Source: Candidatus Omnitrophota bacterium
Lineage (GTDB): Bacteria; Omnitrophota; Gorgyraeia; Gygaellales; Profunditerraquicolaceae
Direction: 5' to 3'
Assembly (NCBI GenBank): GCA_041651115.1
Contig: JBAZJY010000001.1
Coordinates: forward strand, 261,165 to 325,164
DNA: 64,000 nt
This document shows, piece after piece, positions 50,233 to 63,999 of the stretch. The translations under genes were made by a program, and so were the position numbers. The first letter of the stretch is position 1. Every line of letters begins with the position of its first letter. The notes under the pieces were generated by a model. It did no database searches. It was not told where the DNA came from and worked only from the letters and a program-made list of their open reading frames with translations.

Positions 50233-51393
50233 ATGGCAGAGTGGATAGGCATAAATAGAAGGGCACGCAGATGCTATGGTTTTGATGAAATCGCCCTGGT
50301 TCCCGGTGATAAGACCATAAATCCTAACGAAGTAGATATCAGCTTTGAAATAAACGGGAAAAAGTTCCCTGTTCCTATCCTTGCCGCGGCAATGGACGGC
50401 GTAGTTGATGTAAATTTTGCCGTAGAAATGTCTAAACTCGGAGGGATCGCGGTTTTAAACCTTGACGGCATCCAGACCCGTTATGAGAACCCTGACGCAG
50501 TATTAGAAAAGATCGCCCATGCTACTCCCCAGGAAGCCACACAACTGATCCAGTCAGTTTATACCACTCCACTCAAAGAAAAATTGGTTTCCAAAAGAAT
50601 TGCCGAGATCAAAAGAAGGAAAGGCACTGCCGTAGTTAGCTGTATTCCCGCGCACGCAGAAAAATTTGCCAAACTCGCGGTAGCAAGCGGCGCGGATCTT
50701 TTTATCGTGCAGTCAACCGTAACCACAACCAAGCATATTACCAAAGAATATAAAAGCTTAGACTTATTTAAATTCTGCAAGTCCGTAAAGATCCCGGTGA
50801 TACTGGGCAACTGCGTGACCTATGAGACTACGCTTGAATTGATGTCTACCGGAGCAGCCGGCTTATTGATCGGTATTGGGCCGGGAGCTGCCTGTACCAC
50901 ACGCGGCGTTTTGGGTATCGGCGTGCCGCAGGTTACTTCAACCGTGGATGCCGCCGCAGCAAGAGATTATTATTATAAGAGGACCGGCAGATACGTTACC
51001 ATTATTACCGACGGCGGTATGAACCGTGGCGGAGATATTTGTAAAGCTTTTGCTTCCGGAGCTGACGCGGTAATGATCGGTTCAAGCTTCGCCCGTGCCA
51101 AAGAAGCTCCGGGAAGGGGCTATCATTGGGGCATGGCCACTTCGCACGTTAACCTGCCGCGCGGCACGCGGATTTATGTCGGCACCACCGGCACCATCAA
51201 AGATATTCTTTTTGGGCCGGCAAAAGTTGATGACGGCTCGCAGAATTTGATCGGCGCTTTAAAGACTTCAATGGGCTCCCTGGGAGCATCGGACCTCAAA
51301 CAAATGCATGACGTGGAGATAATCATCGCGCCTTCCATACAGACAGAAGGAAAGATCTTTCAGGTCGGTCAAAGAGTAGGGATGGGTAAATAA
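50233..51393 (+). CDS. IMP dehydrogenase family protein lacking the CBS pair.
   Basis: The TIM-barrel carries the catalytic-loop motif [11 protein letters not shown]. The protein is 386 aa. There is no CBS insertion, and guaA follows immediately. Confidence 0.7.
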   Translation: MAEWIGINRRARRCYGFDEIALVPGDKTINPNEVDISFEINGKKFPVPILAAAMDGVVDVNFAVEMSKLGGIAVLNLDGIQTRYENPDAVLEKIAHATPQEATQLIQSVYTTPLKEKLVSKRIAEIKRRKGTAVVSCIPAHAEKFAKLAVASGADLFIVQSTVTTTKHITKEYKSLDLFKFCKSVKIPVILGNCVTYETTLELMSTGAAGLLIGIGPGAACTTRGVLGIGVPQVTSTVDAAAARDYYYKRTGRYVTIITDGGMNRGGDICKAFASGADAVMIGSSFARAKEAPGRGYHWGMATSHVNLPRGTRIYVGTTGTIKDILFGPAKVDDGSQNLIGALKTSMGSLGASDLKQMHDVEIIIAPSIQTEGKIFQVGQRVGMGK

Positions 51394-52934
51394 TGAACAG
51401 GCAGACGATAATAATCTTAGATTTTGGTTCACAATACACGCAATTGATCGCCCGCAGGGTAAGGGAAAATAAGGTATTTTCCCGAATTGTACCTTTTAAC
51501 ATGCCGGCTAAAGAGATTGCTGCGCTCAATCCCAAAGGCTTGATCCTTTCCGGCGGCCCTGCCTCGGTTACTAATAAAAAGAGCCCGGTCCCGGATAAAG
51601 GGATCTTTAAATTAGGCGTGCCGATCCTCGGTATTTGTTACGGGATGCAGGTGGTTACGGAAATGCTTGGCGGCAAAGTCAAGCACACCAAAGACCGCGA
51701 ATTCGGCAAAGTAGAGCTATTTATTGATGACAACCGCGACCTCTTTAGCCATATGGCAGGTAATTTTACCTGTTGGGCAAGCCACGGCGACCTTGTGACT
51801 AAACTTCCGCCGGGGTTTAAAGTTTCCGCGCATACGCTAAATACCCCGATCACCGCGATCGTCAATCACACCAAGAAGATTTTCGGCGTGCAATTCCATC
51901 CGGAAGTTACCCACACGGAAAAAGGCAACCAGATCATTGCCAATTTCCTCTTTAAGGCCTGCGGATGCCTTAGCCGCTGGAACATGCAGTCTTTTATTAA
52001 GGAAGCCATTGAAAATATAAAAAAGACCGTCGGCAAAGACAAGGTTGTTTTAGGCTTAAGCGGCGGAGTAGATTCCTCGGTGGCAGCCCTGCTTTTGCAT
52101 AAGGCGATCGGCAGGAACGTGCGCTGTATTTTTGTGAATAACGCCTTACTGCGCAAGGGCGAGCCGGAGCAGATACTCAAAATCTTCCGCAACACTTTTC
52201 ATCTTAACCTTGGTTATGCTGAAAGGAGCAAGCGCTTTTTAGCAAAACTTAAAGGTGTTACCGACCCCGAACAAAAACGAAAGATCATCGGTGCTGAATT
52301 CGTCAATGTTTTTGAAGAAGAGGCGGATAAGGTTAAGGGCGTCAAGTTCCTTGGCCAGGGCACGTTATATCCGGATGTCATTGAATCTATTTCACCGACC
52401 GGCGCTCCGTCAAGCAAGATTAAGAGCCATCATAATGTCGGCGGCTTGCCCGCGCAGATGAAGCTTAAGCTTATTGAGCCGTTAAGGGATTTATTTAAAG
52501 ACGAAGTAAGATTGATCGGTAAAGAACTCGGGCTGCCCGATAATATTGTCTTCCGTCAGCCGTTTCCCGGGCCTGGCCTGGCGATCAGGATCATCGGCGA
52601 TGTTACGCAGGAAAGGCTCGATTTGCTGCGTGAAGTTGATCAACGCGTGATTGAAGAGATCACCAGCGCCAACCTTTACGAGCAGGTCTGGCAGTCTTTT
52701 GCCGTATTACTGCCGATTAAAAGCGTAGGTGTTATGGGTGATGAACGGACCTATGAAAACGTGGTTGCGCTTCGCTGCGTTACCAGCATTGACGGGATGA
52801 CCGCTGATTGGGCAAAGCTGCCTTATGAGCTTCTGGAAAAAATTTCCAACCGTATCATTAACGAAGTTAAAGGCGTTAACCGCGTAGTCTATGATATTAG
52901 CTCAAAGCCTCCTGCGACGATAGAGTGGGAATGA
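51393..52934 (+). CDS. guaA: GMP synthase (glutamine-hydrolysing).
   Basis: The GATase domain has the Cys in GICYGMQ. The ATP-PPase P-loop reads [10 protein letters not shown]. The C-terminus reads …PPATIEWE. Confidence 0.95.
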   Translation: MNRQTIIILDFGSQYTQLIARRVRENKVFSRIVPFNMPAKEIAALNPKGLILSGGPASVTNKKSPVPDKGIFKLGVPILGICYGMQVVTEMLGGKVKHTKDREFGKVELFIDDNRDLFSHMAGNFTCWASHGDLVTKLPPGFKVSAHTLNTPITAIVNHTKKIFGVQFHPEVTHTEKGNQIIANFLFKACGCLSRWNMQSFIKEAIENIKKTVGKDKVVLGLSGGVDSSVAALLLHKAIGRNVRCIFVNNALLRKGEPEQILKIFRNTFHLNLGYAERSKRFLAKLKGVTDPEQKRKIIGAEFVNVFEEEADKVKGVKFLGQGTLYPDVIESISPTGAPSSKIKSHHNVGGLPAQMKLKLIEPLRDLFKDEVRLIGKELGLPDNIVFRQPFPGPGLAIRIIGDVTQERLDLLREVDQRVIEEITSANLYEQVWQSFAVLLPIKSVGVMGDERTYENVVALRCVTSIDGMTADWAKLPYELLEKISNRIINEVKGVNRVVYDISSKPPATIEWE

Positions 52935-53000
52935 TTTAGGTCTTAGGTGTTAGGCATTGCATTCTGCCACCTATGACCTATCACCTAACACCTATCACCT
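52935..53000. repeat. TAGGTGATAGG-family palindromic repeat, intergenic between guaA and dnaE.
   Basis: The left arm is tttaggtcttaggtgttaggc. The right arm cacctatgacctatcacctaacacctatcacctag is an inverted repeat of it. Confidence 0.65.
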
Positions 53001-53008
53001 AGAAGACC

Positions 53009-56446
<3,438 letters not shown>

Positions 56447-56477
56447 ACTGCCCTTAGTGCCTGTTGGCAAATTTTGC

Positions 56478-56506
56478 TTGACATCGTAAGTTTTTGTTGG
56501 TATTAT
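56478..56506 (+). promoter_or_regulatory. Sigma70-type promoter for the HU gene.
   Basis: TTGACA and TATTAT are separated by a 17-nt spacer. Confidence 0.5.
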
Positions 56507-56564
56507 AGTTGCGTAATTTTTCTAAGGCGGTTTAAGCGTAAAGCTTAAGAAGGGGAGGCGGGAG

Positions 56565-56837
56565 ATGACCAAAAAAGACATCATCTTGAAGGTTTCCGAC
56601 GAGACAAACTTAAAGCAGATAGACGTAAAAAAGGTTGTGCAAAAAACTTTTGACTGCATCGTTGACGCCCTGATGCGGGGCGAGAAGATAGAGCTTCGTA
56701 ATTTCGGCGTATTTAAGCTGAAACAAAGAAAAAGCCGTACCGGGAGAAATCCCCGGACCGGCCAAGTCGTTCCAGTCCCTCCCAGAAAAGTCGTTGTCTT
56801 TAAAGCAGGCTTGGAGATGAAGCAGAAAATTAAATAA
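56565..56837 (+). CDS. hup: HU/IHF family DNA-binding protein.
   Basis: The 90-aa product carries …FGVFKLKQRKSRTGRNPRTGQVVPVPPRKVVVFKAG…. The RBS is ggggagg. Confidence 0.85.
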   Translation: MTKKDIILKVSDETNLKQIDVKKVVQKTFDCIVDALMRGEKIELRNFGVFKLKQRKSRTGRNPRTGQVVPVPPRKVVVFKAGLEMKQKIK

Positions 56838-56861
56838 TTTCTCTCCCCCTAAAAAACAAGA

Positions 56862-58115
56862 ATGTACAAAAGAGTCCCGGGAACAAAGGATATCCTGCCT
56901 GATGAAGTTTATCTTTGGCAGCAGATAGAACAAATAAGCCGCAATATCTTTTCCGTCTATAATTATCAGGAAACGCGCACGCCGCTGATCGAAGACGCCG
57001 GGCTGTTCAGCCGTTCTTTGGGCGAATCTACGGAAATCGTCCAGAAGCAGATGTTCCTCATTAATAATAAAGAAGATACTTATGCGCTCCGGCCGGAAGG
57101 TACCGCTTCCATTGTGCGCAGCTATATTGAAAATAGCCTTGACAAATCAACCGGCTTCATAAAATTTTATTACATCGGCCCGATGTTCAGGCTGGAAAGG
57201 CCGCAAAAAGGAAGGCTGCGCCAGTTTCACCATGTTGGCTGCGAAGTGATCGGCTCATCCGGCCCGGAAATTGACATTGAAGTGATTGCCTTGGCAGACA
57301 GCCTGCTCAAGGCGTATTCAATAAGCAACTATGAGATTCGGCTTAATTCGCTGGGCTGTAATAAGGATAAACATAATTTAGTCGCGCTGCTGCGTAATAA
57401 GCTTAAAGATAAAACCAGCGCGCTTTGCGAGGATTGCCAGGCAAGGTTTGAGCGCAATGTCTTGCGCGTGCTTGACTGTAAGAATGATCAGTGCCAGAAA
57501 GTAGTCGCGGGTCTGGATATAGAAGGCAGTTATCTTTGCGCGGATTGCCAGGCGCATTTTTCCCGGGTTAAGCAGGGACTTGACCTGCTGGCCATAAGGT
57601 ATGAGGTTTCTCCATATCTGGTACGCGGGCTCGATTATTATACCCGCACAGTTTTTGAGATCAAACACAATGACCTGGGCAGTCAGGATGCCATCGGCGC
57701 AGGCGGCCGTTATGATAATTTAGTAAATGAGCTTGGCGGCCCGCAGTTTGGGGCGATTGGTTTTGCTTTTGGGGTAGAAAGGTTGTTATTGGCCGCGAAA
57801 CCGCCAAACCGGCAAGCTGCAAACAAAAATTTAGTTTTCGTTATAACTTTAGGTGATGATGCAAGGCTTAAAGGCATTGGGCTTTTAGCGCAGTTGCGCA
57901 ACAACGTGATTGCCGCGGATACCGAATATGAAAATAAATCGCTTAAGGCCGCCATGCGTAAAGCAAACGACGCCCAGGCCCGATGCGTGTTGATCATCGG
58001 AGATGATGAGATAAAAAAAGGCGTTGTGATGTTAAAAGATATGAAAACCGGGCAGCAGAATGAGATTGCCCAGGCAGATTTGATAAGAGAGCTTCAATTA
58101 AAGTTCGGGAGTTAA
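56862..58115 (+). CDS. hisS: Histidyl-tRNA synthetase.
   Basis: Class II motifs are present, including YIGPMFRLERPQKGRLRQFHHVGCEV. A C-terminal anticodon-binding domain follows. Confidence 0.9.
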   Translation: MYKRVPGTKDILPDEVYLWQQIEQISRNIFSVYNYQETRTPLIEDAGLFSRSLGESTEIVQKQMFLINNKEDTYALRPEGTASIVRSYIENSLDKSTGFIKFYYIGPMFRLERPQKGRLRQFHHVGCEVIGSSGPEIDIEVIALADSLLKAYSISNYEIRLNSLGCNKDKHNLVALLRNKLKDKTSALCEDCQARFERNVLRVLDCKNDQCQKVVAGLDIEGSYLCADCQAHFSRVKQGLDLLAIRYEVSPYLVRGLDYYTRTVFEIKHNDLGSQDAIGAGGRYDNLVNELGGPQFGAIGFAFGVERLLLAAKPPNRQAANKNLVFVITLGDDARLKGIGLLAQLRNNVIAADTEYENKSLKAAMRKANDAQARCVLIIGDDEIKKGVVMLKDMKTGQQNEIAQADLIRELQLKFGS

Positions 58116-58116
58116 G

Positions 58117-59514
58117 ATGTTACGCACGCATACCTGCGGCGAATTGACCGTTAAAGATACAGATAAAGAAGTTGTTCTCTGCGGCTGGGTAGCTACGCGC
58201 CGCGACCACGGTAAGCTTATTTTTATTGATATCCGCGACCGCTCCGGCCTTACGCAAGTTGTGTTCTTGCCTAAAGACTGTCCGGAAGCTTATAAACAGG
58301 CGCAGGAGCTAAGAAGTGAGTTTGTGATTAAGGTCACCGGCAAAGTCAATAAGCGTCCGGCAAATACAATTAATCCTAAGCTGCCGACAGGAGAGATTGA
58401 GATCCTGGCTAAGGAGCTTGAGATTTTAAACCCCAGCCTTACTCCGCCTTTTGAAATTCAGGATGAGCTGGATATTACCGAAGAAATGCGCTTGAAATAC
58501 CGCTACCTTGATTTACGCCGGAAAAAAGTATTTGATAATTTTATCCTGCGGCATAAGCTTTATGGAATTATCCGCGGTTTTTTGAATAGCGGAGGCTTTA
58601 TTGAATGCGAAACTCCGATCCTGACCAAGTCTACGCCGGAAGGCGCGCGCGATTATCTGGTGCCTTCAAGGGTAAACCCGGGGAAATTTTTTGCCCTGCC
58701 TCAATCGCCGCAGTTATTCAAACAGATATTCATGGTTGCCGGCATAGAAAAATATTATCAGATCGCCAAATGTTTCCGCGATGAAGATTTACGCGCTGAC
58801 CGTCAGCCGGAATTCACCCAGCTGGATTTGGAAATGTCGTTTGCAGAAGAAGAGGATATCTTCTCGCTTTTTGAACAGCTGATGCAAAAAATATTTAAGG
58901 AAATAAAAGGCGTTGAGCTTAAAGTCCCTTTTCCCAGGATCAGCTATGCCGAGGCGCAAAGCAAATATCAAACCGATAAGCCCGATTTAAGGAAAGAACA
59001 TAACTCTGATTTTGCCTTTGTCTGGGTAGTTGACTTCCCTTTATTCAAGTACAATAATGAGGAGAAGCGCTGGGAAAGCGAGCATCACCCTTTTACCGCG
59101 CCTTCGGCAGCAGACCTGGAAATCCTGGAGAAGTCGCCGGATAAGGTGAAATCCCGCTCTTACGACCTGGTACTTAACGGCATGGAAATAGGTTCCGGTT
59201 CCATCAGGATACATAACCAGGAGTTGCAGGAGAAAATTTTTAATATCATCGGCATAGGATCTGAAGAGGCGCGCAAGCGCTTCGGGTTCCTGCTTGAGGC
59301 ATTTCAATTTGGAGCGCCGCCGCACGGCGGATTTGCCTTCGGCATAGACCGGCTTCTGGCGATCATCGCGGGTGAGCCGAGCATCAGGGAGGTAATCGCC
59401 TTTCCCAAGACAAGCGCCGCATTCTGTTTGATGACAGGTGCGCCTTCGGACGTAGAAGAAAAACAATTGAGAGAACTGGGCATTGAGGTTAAAAGGAAGA
59501 ACACCCGAACCTAA
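58117..59514 (+). CDS. aspS: Aspartyl-tRNA synthetase, short form without the GAD insertion domain.
   Basis: An N-terminal OB fold is followed by the motif-2 region CFRDEDLRADRQPEFTQLDLEMSF and the motif-3 region GGFAFGIDRL. At 465 aa it is shorter than the usual ~590 aa. Confidence 0.85.
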   Translation: MLRTHTCGELTVKDTDKEVVLCGWVATRRDHGKLIFIDIRDRSGLTQVVFLPKDCPEAYKQAQELRSEFVIKVTGKVNKRPANTINPKLPTGEIEILAKELEILNPSLTPPFEIQDELDITEEMRLKYRYLDLRRKKVFDNFILRHKLYGIIRGFLNSGGFIECETPILTKSTPEGARDYLVPSRVNPGKFFALPQSPQLFKQIFMVAGIEKYYQIAKCFRDEDLRADRQPEFTQLDLEMSFAEEEDIFSLFEQLMQKIFKEIKGVELKVPFPRISYAEAQSKYQTDKPDLRKEHNSDFAFVWVVDFPLFKYNNEEKRWESEHHPFTAPSAADLEILEKSPDKVKSRSYDLVLNGMEIGSGSIRIHNQELQEKIFNIIGIGSEEARKRFGFLLEAFQFGAPPHGGFAFGIDRLLAIIAGEPSIREVIAFPKTSAAFCLMTGAPSDVEEKQLRELGIEVKRKNTRT

Positions 59515-59558
59515 AGGACGGTTCGGTGTGCACTTACTGTGCAAAGAGGAGGGGAAAA
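59505..59558 (+). promoter_or_regulatory. Conserved two-hairpin leader motif (copy 2) upstream of the LysM lipoprotein gene.
   Basis: The sequence is cacccgaacc-taaaggac-ggttcggtg-tgcac-ttact-gtgca-aagaggagg-ATG. Relative to copy 1 it carries three compensatory base-pair changes. Confidence 0.4.
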
Positions 59559-60101
59559 ATGAAAGTACGTAGCATACTTTCCGTTTTGATTTTAGTTTCG
59601 GCTTTTATGTTATCAGGCTGCGTGGTCAGGACGTATGAAGTAACCCGGGATAGAGTTGATCAGGATTTATCAATGGGCAACCGCGGTTACCTGATGGGCC
59701 AGGCGCCCGCGGGGGAATCCGGGCTTAAAGAAAAAAGAATGACGCGCCAGACACGTGTCGTGGAGATCGAATTGGGCTCTCCGATAAAGTTTGAGCGGCT
59801 TAAGAAACAAAAGTCGGCGCAGGTAGAGGAAGTCATTATTGAAGAAACAATGGTTGATTATCCTGCCGACGAAGAAGCTGTCCCAAGCCGTATGCAAAAA
59901 GGGAATTTCCAGAAATATACCGTGCAAAAAGGCGATACCCTCCAGAAGATCTCGCAGAAATTTTTCGGCACGACCAAGAAATGGCCCAAGATCTATGATG
60001 CCAACAGCGAAGCGCTGAAAGGCCCGAATAAAATATATGTCGGCCAGACGCTGAACATCCCTGTTGACGCAATGAAGGAGCCGAGAGAAAATCTTAAATA
60101 A
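59559..60101 (+). CDS. LysM-domain lipoprotein.
   Basis: The lipoprotein signal MKVRSILSVLILVSAFMLSGC is followed by a C-terminal LysM domain (YTVQKGDTLQKISQKFFG…IYVGQTLNIP). Confidence 0.65.
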   Translation: MKVRSILSVLILVSAFMLSGCVVRTYEVTRDRVDQDLSMGNRGYLMGQAPAGESGLKEKRMTRQTRVVEIELGSPIKFERLKKQKSAQVEEVIIEETMVDYPADEEAVPSRMQKGNFQKYTVQKGDTLQKISQKFFGTTKKWPKIYDANSEALKGPNKIYVGQTLNIPVDAMKEPRENLK

Positions 60102-61012
60102 TGGATAAAATCATAAAACTTGCCACGCATGAAGAAGCGCAGGCGCTTTTTGGCTTGCGCGACGATAATATAAAGGCCATAGAAAAAGAATTCAAGGTCA
60201 AGGTTACCCTGCGCGGCGAGCACTTGAAAATCAGCGGCACAAGCGCGAATATCAGAAAAGCCTCCGGCGCTGTTGAGTATCTTTTGAACTCCATACGTTC
60301 CGGGCAGCCGGACGTAAGCAGAAAAGACGTGCACTTCGCCGTACGAGGGCTTAATCTATCCAATTCCAAGCCTATCGGCCCGAAAACTAAAGGGCAGCGG
60401 GAATACGCGCAGGCGATAAAGGAATATGATATTGTCTTCGGTATCGGGCCTGCCGGAACAGGCAAGACTTATCTTGCTATGGCTTCGGCAGTGGAGGCCC
60501 TGCGCAAACAGGAAGTGCGCCGCATTATCCTCACTCGTCCGGCTATCGAAGCGGGTGAGTCCCTGGGTTTTCTTCCCGGAGATATGCGGGAGAAGATCGC
60601 GCCTTACCTGCGGCCGCTCTATGATGCGATCTATGATATGATGGAAGCGGAGATCATTGAAAAATACCTTGAGACCGGGATAATTGAAGTTGCGCCCCTT
60701 GCCTATATGCGCGGCAGGACGCTTAATGACGCCTTTATCATTATGGATGAAGCGCAAAATGCCACTGCCGAACAAATGAAGATGTTTCTTACCCGCCTCG
60801 GTTTTGATTCAAAGGCAGTGATCACCGGGGATATTACTCAAAGCGATTTGCCCAACGGCAGGCCGATCGGCCTGCTTCAGGCGCAGGACATACTTAAGGA
60901 CATTGAAGGAATAAAAATCGTTTACCTTACCGGCGCCGATGTTGTGCGCCACGCCCTTGTACAGAAGATCATCGAAGCTTATGACAGGAATAATTACGCT
61001 AAACAAAGTTAA
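60101..61012 (+). CDS. phoH: PhoH-like ATPase.
   Basis: The KH-like N-domain precedes the P-loop GPAGTGKTY. The gene sits in ybeZ-ybeY synteny. Confidence 0.9.
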   Translation: MDKIIKLATHEEAQALFGLRDDNIKAIEKEFKVKVTLRGEHLKISGTSANIRKASGAVEYLLNSIRSGQPDVSRKDVHFAVRGLNLSNSKPIGPKTKGQREYAQAIKEYDIVFGIGPAGTGKTYLAMASAVEALRKQEVRRIILTRPAIEAGESLGFLPGDMREKIAPYLRPLYDAIYDMMEAEIIEKYLETGIIEVAPLAYMRGRTLNDAFIIMDEAQNATAEQMKMFLTRLGFDSKAVITGDITQSDLPNGRPIGLLQAQDILKDIEGIKIVYLTGADVVRHALVQKIIEAYDRNNYAKQS

Positions 61013-62312
61013 ATTGATTTTCGGCGCGGCATTGCTGTTTTTTTTGAGTTATGTGCTTAGGGTAAACTTTGCCATACCCTTATTCTTGTTGTCTCTTTTT
61101 GCCTACCTTAAATTTTCGCAGAAACAGTCATACATACGGGATTATAAGTTACTGGACCTGTCGTTGCTTTTTACCCTGGTTTTTGTCAGCGCATATTTTG
61201 TCGTCGGCCACGGCAAACCTGTATTCTATATCCCGTTTTGCGCGGTGCCGATGCTGGCAGTAATATTGTTCAATGAGCTAAGGGTGTCGCTGCTTTTGAC
61301 CGTTGCCGGATCTTTTGTCGCCGCTTCGGTGGCAGGTAATGATTTTCACCTCGGGATATTGTTTATGATCAGCGGCCTGCTTTCAAGCGTGCTTGTATTC
61401 GGGGCAAGGAGGCGCAGCGTAATCATCCGCACAGGCCTAATCATCGGGGTCATTCAGGCAGTTACTCTATTTCTTATTGAGGGGTTTAAGTTCTACCATC
61501 CGGACAGATATATTGCCCTTATTGCAAACGGCGTGATCAGCAGCGTTATCGTGGTAGGCACGCTTCCGGTATTTGAATATCTTTTTAAGACTGTTACGAA
61601 CATCAGCCTGCTTGAGCTGGCTGATTTTAACCAGCCGTTACTGCAGCGCATGACGATGGAGGCGCCCGGCACATATCACCATAGCCTTATTGTCGGCAAT
61701 CTTTCAGACGCTGCCTGCCAGGCAGTAGGCGCTAACGCGCTTTTGGCGCGGATCGGGGCTTACTATCATGATATCGGCAAGCTTGCCAAGCCGGAATATT
61801 TCAGCGAAAACCTTTCCCTGGACATAAAGGAGAGCAAGCATGATGGGCTTCCGCCTGCGCTGAGCAAGCTTGTAATCATGAACCATGTAAAAGAAGGCGC
61901 TGACCTCGCCAAAAAATACAAGCTTAATCCCTGTCTCGTTGATTTTATTGAGCAGCATCACGGCAACAGCCTTGTGTTCTATTTTTACCGCCGCGCCCTG
62001 GAAAGCCTTGAGGAGAATCAGGAGGTAAGCGAAGAAGGCTTCCGTTATCCCGGGCCTAAGCCAAAGACGAAAGAAACGGCGATCGTGCTGCTGGCGGATT
62101 CGGTCGAAGCCGCCTCTCGCGCGTTGAAAGAGCCTAATTCCGCCAATATTAAAGAGCTTGTCTATAAGGTCATAAATAATAAATTCATCGACGGCCAGCT
62201 TGATGAGTGCGACCTGACATTGAAGGACTTGGAAAAAATATCGGCAGTGTTCGTGAGGATATTAAGCGGCATATATCACAGCCGTATCACCTATCCGGAA
62301 AATCCCAAATAA
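60981..62312 (+). CDS. pgpH: 7TM receptor with an intracellular HD domain (PgpH-like c-di-AMP phosphodiesterase family).
   Basis: Multiple TM helices are followed by an HD domain (HHSLIVGNL…YYHDIGK…HHG). Synteny is phoH-pgpH-ybeY. The start codon is uncertain (60939 or 60981). Confidence 0.65.
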   Translation: MTGIITLNKVKLIFGAALLFFLSYVLRVNFAIPLFLLSLFAYLKFSQKQSYIRDYKLLDLSLLFTLVFVSAYFVVGHGKPVFYIPFCAVPMLAVILFNELRVSLLLTVAGSFVAASVAGNDFHLGILFMISGLLSSVLVFGARRRSVIIRTGLIIGVIQAVTLFLIEGFKFYHPDRYIALIANGVISSVIVVGTLPVFEYLFKTVTNISLLELADFNQPLLQRMTMEAPGTYHHSLIVGNLSDAACQAVGANALLARIGAYYHDIGKLAKPEYFSENLSLDIKESKHDGLPPALSKLVIMNHVKEGADLAKKYKLNPCLVDFIEQHHGNSLVFYFYRRALESLEENQEVSEEGFRYPGPKPKTKETAIVLLADSVEAASRALKEPNSANIKELVYKVINNKFIDGQLDECDLTLKDLEKISAVFVRILSGIYHSRITYPENPK

Positions 62313-62759
62313 GTGAGCTGCAAGGTCAACATCTTAAACCGCCAACGGAAAATATCTCTCAGCAGTCCGGTTTTGTCGAAGATAAAAAAGGTCATCCGGC
62401 AGGCGCTGGCTACGGAAAAGGCCGCAGGCATATCCGAGATATCGCTTTGCGTTACCGATGATAAATTGATCTGCCGGCTGAACAAAAAATATTTCGGTAG
62501 AAATCGGCCAACGGACGTCATCGCCTTCAGCACCGGAGATATCGCGGTTTCCGCGGATACGGCAACCAACAACGCGGTTATCTTTAATACCCATCCGCTG
62601 TATGAATTGCTGCTTTATGCGGCGCACGGGGCGTTACACGTTATCGGTTATGACGATAAAACTGCCGGCCAAAGAAAGGTTATGGACCAGAAGGCGGGCA
62701 GGATACTTAAAAAAGCGGGGATCAATAAATGTCCATCCATAAGACCGAAGCGATCGTAA
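62313..62759 (+). CDS. ybeY: Endoribonuclease YbeY (rRNA maturation factor).
   Basis: The zinc motif HGALHVIGYDD is present. The length is 148 aa. Confidence 0.85.
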   Translation: MSCKVNILNRQRKISLSSPVLSKIKKVIRQALATEKAAGISEISLCVTDDKLICRLNKKYFGRNRPTDVIAFSTGDIAVSADTATNNAVIFNTHPLYELLLYAAHGALHVIGYDDKTAGQRKVMDQKAGRILKKAGINKCPSIRPKRS

Positions 62760-63508
62760 TCAATAAGTTTGATTTCCGTGAGACTTCGATCATTGCCAAT
62801 TTCTATACCCGTGATTTCGGAAAGATCAGCGGCCTTTTAAAGGGTATCCGCAAGGAGCCGAAAAAATTTGCCAGTACGCTCGAGCCGTTTTCTTTTAATG
62901 AGATCATTTTTTACCGTAAGATAAATTCTTCGCTGCACCTGGTCAGCCAGTGCGATATCAGGAACAATTTTTTCGGTATCAGGCGCGACATGCTAAAAAG
63001 CGGGGCAGGCGGGATAATTACCGAATTACTTCATGCGGTAATGCCCCAGGAAGACATTAATGAAGAAGTGTTTAAGCTTACCCTGGACGTGCTTCATGAG
63101 CTGGAGGTTAATCCTGAACCTGATAAGGTAAGCACGATATTCAAGATAAAGATCCTTGCTTTGTCCGGGTTTAAACCGCATTTTGATTCGTGCGTTTCCT
63201 GCGATGCCAAGATACTCGGCCAATCCAAATTCAGCGTTTTACTCGGCGGGTTATTATGCCCGCAATGCTGCGGTAAGGACCTTACGGCTCGGCCGATCTT
63301 CCGTGGCACAGTAGCGTCCATATTGCATATTGAGCGCAGCCCGTTCAGGAACGCGTTGATGCTGGGCATGAATCCGCAGATAAAGAGAGAGCTGGGATTC
63401 GTGCTGACTTCTTTTTTGAATTTTCATCTTGGGAAAAAACTCAAATCCGAAAGCGTCGTTGATACTTTGAAGGCGTTTAGCCTAGTAGCCAACGGAGGTA
63501 AGATATGA
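62729..63508 (+). CDS. recO: DNA repair protein RecO.
   Basis: An N-terminal OB fold (…AIVINKFDFRETS…) is followed by a C-terminal zinc motif (C.SC…C..C). The length is 259 aa. Confidence 0.8.
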   Translation: MSIHKTEAIVINKFDFRETSIIANFYTRDFGKISGLLKGIRKEPKKFASTLEPFSFNEIIFYRKINSSLHLVSQCDIRNNFFGIRRDMLKSGAGGIITELLHAVMPQEDINEEVFKLTLDVLHELEVNPEPDKVSTIFKIKILALSGFKPHFDSCVSCDAKILGQSKFSVLLGGLLCPQCCGKDLTARPIFRGTVASILHIERSPFRNALMLGMNPQIKRELGFVLTSFLNFHLGKKLKSESVVDTLKAFSLVANGGKI

Positions 63509-63999
63509 AGATAGCCATCGTAGGAGCCGGAGCAATGGGATGCCTGTTCGCAGGGCTGCTTTCCCGGACCAAGGAAGAGATCTGGCTCCTGGATAAATCC
63601 AGCGATAAAGCCGCCAGGATCCGTCAGCAGGGCATAACCGTGGAAACCGCTTCAGGGTCATGGCAGGCCAGGCCTAAAGTTACGGCGGACATCGCGGAAG
63701 CCGGCCAGGCAGACCTGGTTATTATTTGCGTAAAAGCGTATCACACTAAAGACGCGGTAACTCAGGTAAAGCCGCTTATAGGTGAGAATACCCGCGTACT
63801 GACCCTGCAGAACGGATTAGGCAATATTGAAGTGATTAGTGAAGTGGCAGGCCCGGAAAAAGTGATTGGCGGAGTGACTAGCCAGGGCGCAACGCTGGTC
63901 AGCGCGGGCAGCATAAAATATGCGGGAAAAGGGGAAACTATAATCGGCCGCATTGACGGAAAAATACCGGTTGAGATGCGTTCGATAAGAGAAGTTTTT
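63505..63999 (+). CDS. panE: 2-dehydropantoate 2-reductase (ApbA/PanE family), 5' part. The gene runs off the window end.
   Basis: The N-terminus MKIAIVGAGAMGCLFAGLL…DLVIICVK… is open to the last base of the window. The RBS is ggaggt, and the ATG overlaps the recO stop. Confidence 0.6.
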   Translation, partial: MKIAIVGAGAMGCLFAGLLSRTKEEIWLLDKSSDKAARIRQQGITVETASGSWQARPKVTADIAEAGQADLVIICVKAYHTKDAVTQVKPLIGENTRVLTLQNGLGNIEVISEVAGPEKVIGGVTSQGATLVSAGSIKYAGKGETIIGRIDGKIPVEMRSIREVF

